A stretch of DNA of 30,881 nt. Origin: a virus. Taxonomy: Duplodnaviria > Caudoviricetes. The stretch spans positions 1-30,881 of the IMG/VR virus record IMGVR_UViG_3300017978_000092, one strand, 5' to 3'. The notes beneath the pieces are model-generated. The model saw only the letters and a program-made list of their open reading frames with translations. It searched no databases and was not told the DNA's origin. The position numbers were made by a program, and so were the translations under genes. Positions 25,699-30,881 of the stretch are shown piece by piece; positions within the stretch are counted from its first letter, which is position 1; each line of letters begins with the position of its first letter.

Positions 25699-26201
25699 TG
25701 AAGAGCAGAAATGAGATAATCGAGGAGCTGTACCTTTCGAAGGATATAAGCCAGGCGCTTCGCAAGATGCAACCGGCTAGCCTCCGCGACGATCTTAGGC
25801 AAGAGATGTTCATCTCACTTTGCACTCTAAGCGACGAGAAATTCTGGAATCTTTATGAGAACAACGCGCTGAAGTTCTATCTGGTCCGGGCCATGCTAAA
25901 CATGATTCGAAGCACTGGGATGAATCAGCCTTTCTTCCGTAACTTCCGGGCAAAGTTCGAATCGATAGAGGAGATCGAAAACCTGGAAGATCAGATCGAT
26001 AACTCGAAGGACCAGAAGGAAATTCTTTTCGATTTGCTAGATAGTAAGAGAAAGACGCTGTGCTGGTATGAAGACCGACTGCTGGATCAATACGTCGAAT
26101 CTGGTTTTAATCAGATGGACGTCCACAGAAAGACCAAGATACCCTATCCGTCGATCGTCAAAACTATCGCGTTAATCAAAAAGAAACTCAAGGATGAATA
26201 A
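25698..26201 (+). CDS. Sigma-70/ECF-like RNA polymerase sigma factor
   Basis: Region-2-like DDLRQEMFISL...FYLVRAMLN and region-4-like L.WYE..L...Y....HTH..IKKKLK. Confidence 0.7.
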   Translation: MKSRNEIIEELYLSKDISQALRKMQPASLRDDLRQEMFISLCTLSDEKFWNLYENNALKFYLVRAMLNMIRSTGMNQPFFRNFRAKFESIEEIENLEDQIDNSKDQKEILFDLLDSKRKTLCWYEDRLLDQYVESGFNQMDVHRKTKIPYPSIVKTIALIKKKLKDE

Positions 26202-26385
26202 GAAGCCAGATGAGACAGCCCGTGAGCTGTTCAATAATTGCCTTTACTTTACTGGCTCTAAACTAATGGCCCGAGAGTGCGCTCTGTTTATGTGCCAGAA
26301 GTTTATCGACATGTCGAAGCGGATGGACGATAAATGCTATTACCTGGAAGTAAAAGAAGCGCTCTATAAAATAGAAATAAAATAG
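26194..26385 (+). CDS. Small helical protein, MTPKEKA-like paralog 5
   Basis: KPDETARELF...ARECALF...YYLEVKEALYKI. Confidence 0.6.
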   Translation: MNKKPDETARELFNNCLYFTGSKLMARECALFMCQKFIDMSKRMDDKCYYLEVKEALYKIEIK

Positions 26386-26515
26386 TCAGGTGGCGGAATG
26401 GTAGACGCTAAGTGGTAAAGCTAACCACAGACAAAGCTGTGACGGACTCAGAAGTACAATGAGTTGAAGTAGAGAAGATTACGCATGGTTATAGGTTCGA
26501 ATCCTATCCTGACTA
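26384..26515 (+). ncRNA. tRNA-like RNA with an expanded central region (132 nt)
   Basis: Acceptor stem AGTCAGG/CCTGACT, D arm GCG-GAATGGTAGA-CGC, T arm ATAGG-TTCGAAT-CCTAT; ~80-nt non-canonical middle; no encoded CCA. Confidence 0.75.
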
Positions 26516-26661
26516 CACAAATAGCAGAAATGCTCAACGTTTTATTGTTTCAATGGGGGATATAGAAATAATATGACTGCTGGAAAGACAGCAAATTTTA
26601 TCGTTAATATTTGAATGACAAAACACTTTGTTGTTCAAAATTGACAAAAAATGATAAACAA

Positions 26662-26901
26662 ATGATTCAACTTATCGCCTCAGTGGCTTTCGTAACGTTC
26701 TGGAATATGAACAATTTGCCCTATGACCTGGGGATCAATTTTAAACCGTTCAACTGCGCGCCTTGCCTGGGCTTCTGGGTGGCGCTTGGTTTGATGTTTG
26801 CGCCTGAGTTACTATCGACGATCGTCGCGACTTCCTTCGGGGCCGGCGTGATCGCTGCGATAGTGGAGAAGCTATTAATTAAACTACTTACAAAGCTATA
26901 A
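26662..26901 (+). CDS. Small membrane protein with CxxC (DUF1360-like)
   Basis: KPFNCAPCLGFW plus hydrophobic helices; start revised to ATG 26662. Confidence 0.6.
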   Translation: MIQLIASVAFVTFWNMNNLPYDLGINFKPFNCAPCLGFWVALGLMFAPELLSTIVATSFGAGVIAAIVEKLLIKLLTKL

Positions 26902-27050
26902 TGAAAAGATTATTTTCGAAATTTATAGAAAGAAGCTTTTGGGATCCGATAGAAGGGAAATATGTTAATTTATATGAATGTAAAAACGGAGATAAATTTT
27001 TAGCAACTTCTAAGTTTAATTCATTATTTTTTTACGTTAATCTACCATGA
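26901..27050 (+). CDS. Small hypothetical protein (49 aa, AT-rich)
   Basis: MKRLFSKFIERSFWDPIEGKYVNLYECKNGDKFLATSKFNSLFFYVNLP; TAATG and ATGA overlaps on either side. Confidence 0.55.
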   Translation: MKRLFSKFIERSFWDPIEGKYVNLYECKNGDKFLATSKFNSLFFYVNLP

Positions 27051-27334
27051 CAGAAAAAGACATAAAATTCATCCAAGACAATATCATCAACTTTGAATCG
27101 GTAGCGCTTGGATTTACTCGAAACCTGGATCACGCGGTCCTCAATGAGTATCACGAAATCTACAAGCGATCACTGGATCCAAGTTATGTTTTAAATGCCT
27201 GGTGTGGAGGCTGTGTCTTCGACATGCTCAAGCGATTAAAGCATCACTACGAGAATGTGATCTCAGCTCAACAAACTAACCAAACCAATGACAAAATCAA
27301 AGCTAAGAATCCTGGCGGTAGGAAGTCAAAATAG
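27047..27334 (+). CDS. Hypothetical protein with CxxC (WCGGCV)
   Basis: 95-aa ORF. Confidence 0.6.
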   Translation: MTEKDIKFIQDNIINFESVALGFTRNLDHAVLNEYHEIYKRSLDPSYVLNAWCGGCVFDMLKRLKHHYENVISAQQTNQTNDKIKAKNPGGRKSK

Positions 27335-28310
27335 TGGCGTAACTTACCACAGACTGGCGCTTCCTTTGTCGATCATGGAGAAGGAATACTGCCTGATCAC
27401 TGACACGATCACAGAGGACCTATTGAAAGAAAAGAATTTCAATGTGGTAGTGGTAAATCGGTTCCTGGAATCAACGCCACTTCTTCAGCTACTGGAATGG
27501 CGCCAGAAGTTTGGCTTTAAATTGGTGGTAGATATTGATGACTACTGGACTCTGTTCGATAAGCATCTAAGCGCGCCTACCTATCGCAAGCTTGGAGTGA
27601 CTAGGATCATCAAGGACTACATTCGTTTCGCTGACCTGGTTACAACGACTCACAATCGCCTCCGCTTGGAGATCGTCCAGATCAATAAAAACTGCGAGGT
27701 CCTTCCTAATGGCTTGCCATTCGATAAGGATCAATTCACGGCGATCAGGAAAGAGAATGAAAAAGTAACGATCGCACACACTGGATCGATCACTCACTAT
27801 CCAGACATTCAGCAACTCAAGCAACCGATCAGAGAGCTGGCGAAGTCTAGGGTATTCAGAGATAATACTAGAATGCTTCTGTGTGGATGGAATAATTTCA
27901 ACAAGTGGCACTGGGAACAGATGGGAAATATCTACACAGCAAACGAGAAGCTTGACTACAAGATCCTTGAATCAATGCCGGTGGATCTTTACATGAATTT
28001 TTACCTTGAAGCCGACATGCTTTTAGTTCCTTTGCTGGATAACAAATTCAACAGACTAAAATCGAATCTTAAAGCGCTGGAGGCAGGAGCGAAAAACATT
28101 CCGATCCTAACATACAAGCGCGCGCCTTATGACGATATACCGACGATCTTCGAGGTGGATAACTGGGAGCGCGACATTAAGCGAATGGCATTCAGTAAGC
28201 AGATGCGCGATGACTACGGATATAGGAATGGAGAATACGTCCGCGAACATTACGATATCTTTAAAATTAACGAGGCCCGATTTGCTACTTACTCCAAACT
28301 AATCGAGTAA
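27288..28310 (+). CDS. Glycosyltransferase (GT-B fold, GT4-like)
   Basis: SGVTYHRL..P, VVDIDDYW, ADLVTTT...L, V.PN, H..D and D.LLVPL..N.FN..KSNLK.LE motifs. Confidence 0.85.
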   Translation: MTKSKLRILAVGSQNSGVTYHRLALPLSIMEKEYCLITDTITEDLLKEKNFNVVVVNRFLESTPLLQLLEWRQKFGFKLVVDIDDYWTLFDKHLSAPTYRKLGVTRIIKDYIRFADLVTTTHNRLRLEIVQINKNCEVLPNGLPFDKDQFTAIRKENEKVTIAHTGSITHYPDIQQLKQPIRELAKSRVFRDNTRMLLCGWNNFNKWHWEQMGNIYTANEKLDYKILESMPVDLYMNFYLEADMLLVPLLDNKFNRLKSNLKALEAGAKNIPILTYKRAPYDDIPTIFEVDNWERDIKRMAFSKQMRDDYGYRNGEYVREHYDIFKINEARFATYSKLIE

Positions 28311-28314
28311 AATT

Positions 28315-28743
28315 ATGCCAGTCATAAAATGCAATAATGGGAAATACAGAATCGGATCAGGTGCTTGCATCTATGGCACCGAGGAGAAAGCGATCGAAGT
28401 CTACCAGGCGATCCTAGCCGGTGGAGCTTTTGCTGAATCGTTCAATGACTATCCAGAGGCAGCGACAAACAACGCCAAGCGAGCGCTTGCTTATGCTGAG
28501 AAAAATGGCTGGGGATCATGTGGCACTCCAGTAGGAAAAGCCAGAGCTAACCAGCTAGCAAACAAGGAGCCGATCTCACGCGACACGATCGCAAGAATGG
28601 CGAGCTTCAACAGACACCAGCAGAATAAAGACGTTCCTTATAGCGAAGGCTGTGGAGGTTTAATGTGGGACGCCTGGGGAGGCACCGAGGGGATTGAATG
28701 GGCGATTAGAAAATTAGACCAGATAGATAATGCAAGCAACTGA
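28315..28743 (+). CDS. Hypothetical protein, putative head-associated domain
   Basis: DYPEAA.NNAKRAL...CGTPVGK.RA.QLA....S..TI.RM.SF.RH...WDAWGG..G.EWA. Confidence 0.6.
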   Translation: MPVIKCNNGKYRIGSGACIYGTEEKAIEVYQAILAGGAFAESFNDYPEAATNNAKRALAYAEKNGWGSCGTPVGKARANQLANKEPISRDTIARMASFNRHQQNKDVPYSEGCGGLMWDAWGGTEGIEWAIRKLDQIDNASN

Positions 28744-29263
28744 AAAGGAGTTTTTCGATTACGAGATTAGTATCGGAGTTTCCCCACATAATCCCGATTA
28801 TTGGAACTTAATGGCGGGAACTTCCAACATAATAAAGAACTACGCGCAATCTGTAATCGAGATCGGTGCTGGTATGGGAACGCTAGGCGAATGCTTAGAA
28901 CACAAAGGAATCCAGTATCACGGCATCGAGCCAAACAAATATCACAGAGACTTTGCCCGATCCAGGGGAATAAACCTAAAAGATTTAGGTAATTATCCTA
29001 GTAAATGTGGAATGATTGTCTCGATCGAGGTGTTTGAACACCTAACAGATGAGGAGATAAACGAGTATTTGGAGAGTATCGAGGCTAATTACCTGCTTCT
29101 TTCTTCAACTCCTTACACTACGACAGAAGAATTTGATGCCTGGTGGGGCCATATTAACATAAAACAGACCGACGAATGGATCGAATTTATGGCTGAATAT
29201 GGATATTCGCTATATCATCGCCTAACTATACCGACTGATTGGACCTTATTATTCAAAAAATGA
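28730..29263 (+). CDS. Class I SAM-dependent methyltransferase (small-molecule/glycan type)
   Basis: VIEIGAGMG, GIEP, SIEVFEHL and GHIN motifs; no DPPY or PCQ DNA-MTase motif. Confidence 0.85.
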   Translation: MQATEKEFFDYEISIGVSPHNPDYWNLMAGTSNIIKNYAQSVIEIGAGMGTLGECLEHKGIQYHGIEPNKYHRDFARSRGINLKDLGNYPSKCGMIVSIEVFEHLTDEEINEYLESIEANYLLLSSTPYTTTEEFDAWWGHINIKQTDEWIEFMAEYGYSLYHRLTIPTDWTLLFKK

Positions 29264-29703
29264 AAGAGAAAAAACCAGTAAGCACTAAAAAACCAGTCGA
29301 GAAAATCAGAGAAGCTGACCTGATCCTGGAGTGGGCGAATAAATATATCGACTATTGCCTGGATTCTACTAAGGAAGTAGCAACTGGGGCAGGCGTTCGG
29401 ATCATTCGTGAGCGTCACTTGCCTACGATCAGCTACTTTTTACTGATCTGGCTACCAAGACAAGGCGCTCAATTTTACAAGCGCTCTAATTGGTATAATG
29501 TCCTGGGCAATTCTGATCATCCACTACACAAAGAAGTCAAAGAGATCGACGAAATGTTTCGCGCTCTAGCGGCTGATATTGTGGCCAATGAAGGAAAGGG
29601 TATCTTCTACGCTAAGAATCTCTTAGGATGGACGGATCGAGCTAAGAACGAAGAGAAACAAGAAGTAATCATAAGCTTTGCAAACGAAGATCACACTTCC
29701 TAG
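29260..29703 (+). CDS. terS: Terminase small subunit
   Basis: Directly upstream of TerL; Y.D.C, PTI..F and IFYAKN.LGW.D motifs; start revised to ATG 29260. Confidence 0.7.
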   Translation: MKEKKPVSTKKPVEKIREADLILEWANKYIDYCLDSTKEVATGAGVRIIRERHLPTISYFLLIWLPRQGAQFYKRSNWYNVLGNSDHPLHKEVKEIDEMFRALAADIVANEGKGIFYAKNLLGWTDRAKNEEKQEVIISFANEDHTS

Positions 29704-30850
29704 ACCACACACTAACCAAGCGAAGGTCTTAAACTCAAAAGCAAGGTTCAAGGTGTTAATGTCCGGCAGACGATGGGGGAAGTCCTTAATCTGCCAGGTC
29801 ATCACATGCCTTGAATCCATGCAAGGAAAGCGCGTCGCTTACATCACACCGACTTACTTACTTGCCAAGGCATTCTTCGATGAGCTTGCCTTATTGATGC
29901 CGGCAAACGTAGCGATCCCTAACCGATCCGATCTGACATTCAAGCTAATCACTGGAGGCTCGATCAGATTCTTCACTGGCGAACGCCTGGATAATCTCAG
30001 GGGTTTAAAGTTTCACTATGTGATCATTGATGAGGCGTCCTTCATCCCTAACTTAGAAGAGGGCTGGAATAATGCGATCAGACCAACGCTCACAGACTTC
30101 CAAGGAAAGGCGATATTCTTATCCACTCCGAAAGGGAAGAATTTCTTTTACTCACTCTACCTTAAAGGGCTCGATCCTTCTGGGGAATGGGAGTCGTTTA
30201 AATACAGCTCTTATGATAATCCTCACATTGCAGACGAAGAGATCGACTCAGCTAGGCTTGCTTTGCCTGAAGTAGTATTCGAGCAGGAATACATGGCAAA
30301 CCCAGCAGAGAACAGCGCGAATCCATTCGGATCTCAGGCGCTATCTAGGTGTGTTTCTGCCATGTCTCAGGAAAATGTTAAATGTTACGGAATAGATTTG
30401 GCAAAGTACAGCGACTGGACCGTAATTATCGGATTAGATAATAATGGTCATGTGGCTTATTTTGACCGATTTCAAAGCGACTGGGCAAGCACTCAGAATA
30501 AAATCCGTCAATTGCCAAAAGCGCCGATGTTAATTGATAGCACTGGCGTAGGCGATCCAGTGGTCGAGCAATTACAGCGCGAAGGATTAGCGATCGAGGG
30601 CTTCAAGTTTACAAGCCAGTCGAAGCAGGAATTAATGTTAGGCTTGCAGGTGGCGATTCATCAAGAGAAGATCCACTATCCGGCCGGCATGATCCAGGAG
30701 GAGCTCGAAATCTTTGAGTATCAATACTCCGCTAATGGTGTAAAGTATTCCGCGCCGAGCGGTTTTCACGATGATTGCGTGATGGCTTTGGCTTTAGCTT
30801 GGAGAAAGCTAGACTTCAAGGCTGGCACCGGTAAATACAATTTTATATAA
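29678..30850 (+). CDS. terL: Terminase large subunit
   Basis: GRRWGKS Walker A, VIIDEA Walker B, STPKG, FEQEY.A, and nuclease motifs GIDLA, DSTGVG and HDD.VMALALA. Confidence 0.95.
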   Translation: MQTKITLPRPHTNQAKVLNSKARFKVLMSGRRWGKSLICQVITCLESMQGKRVAYITPTYLLAKAFFDELALLMPANVAIPNRSDLTFKLITGGSIRFFTGERLDNLRGLKFHYVIIDEASFIPNLEEGWNNAIRPTLTDFQGKAIFLSTPKGKNFFYSLYLKGLDPSGEWESFKYSSYDNPHIADEEIDSARLALPEVVFEQEYMANPAENSANPFGSQALSRCVSAMSQENVKCYGIDLAKYSDWTVIIGLDNNGHVAYFDRFQSDWASTQNKIRQLPKAPMLIDSTGVGDPVVEQLQREGLAIEGFKFTSQSKQELMLGLQVAIHQEKIHYPAGMIQEELEIFEYQYSANGVKYSAPSGFHDDCVMALALAWRKLDFKAGTGKYNFI

Positions 30851-30881
30851 ACGCTATTTATAATCGATATGACTTGGAAAG
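30827..30881. repeat. 55-bp terminal direct repeat, right copy
   Basis: Identical to 1-55. Confidence 0.95.

Noticed and set aside
26410-26430. Calling the tRNA-like element tRNA-Ala(AGC) or tRNA-Leu
   Set aside because: The loop lacks U33, spacing from the D arm is off and ~60 extra nt follow, so no credible anticodon can be assigned.
28730-29263. Methyltransferase as a Dam/Dcm-like DNA methylase explaining the GATC excess
   Set aside because: It lacks DPPY/NPPY or PCQ catalytic motifs and resembles small-molecule/glycan methyltransferases.
334-29820. All minus-strand ORFs in the track (e.g. 5127-5588, 11369-11689, 16950-17291, 27567-27911)
   Set aside because: They lie antisense to well-supported + strand genes and have no motifs or leaders; they are shadow ORFs.
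1591-30275. Nested + strand alternative-frame ORFs (1591, 2242, 2715, 10291, 28801, 30072)
   Set aside because: They are short, wholly inside larger genes, and show no recognisable features or slippery sites.
30827-30881. 55-bp terminal repeat as a biological DTR or att site
   Set aside because: The length equals a common assembler k-mer and it cuts through terL and gene 1, so it is best explained as a circular-contig overlap.
1-30881. Stop-codon reassignment
   Set aside because: Genes are full length in the standard code, and TAA, TAG and TGA all terminate genes at coupled junctions.
1-30881. CRISPR array, diversity-generating retroelement, integrase, IS element or intron
   Set aside because: I saw no spaced repeat array, reverse transcriptase, recombinase catalytic domain, transposase or interrupted core gene.

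Overview
The window is an apparently complete, circularly assembled ~30.8 kb tailed-phage genome (55-bp exact overlap at the ends). It is most likely a siphovirus of a Bacteroidota host, based on TAnnTTTG promoters and A-rich leaders without Shine-Dalgarno sites. All credible genes are on the + strand. The order is: tail chaperone with a -1 frameshift, neck/tail-tip genes, tape measure, prohead protease, scaffold, major capsid, major tail, portal, adaptor, tail terminator, tail fibre, lysis genes (holin-like, M15 endolysin, u-spanin), metallophosphoesterase, small early genes, SSB-like protein, replication initiator with iterons, DnaB, Mom-like DNA-modification enzyme, RusA, DUF3310, sigma factor, a tRNA-like RNA, glycosyltransferase, methyltransferase, TerS and TerL. 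I saw no integrase, repressor or DNA polymerase. The most interesting signal is two short non-coding segments lying directly before intrinsic terminators (9504-9516 and 17619-17652). They are reverse complements of motifs repeated in the translation-initiation regions of several other phage genes, which suggests a multi-target antisense sRNA network. Other notable items are a kissing-loop attenuator before the replication genes, a 132-nt tRNA mimic, strong GATC over-representation that vanishes in AT-rich morons, a portal fused to wHTH and MuF-like domains, and a five-member small-protein paralog family. Product calls come from motif recognition by eye, with no database searches.
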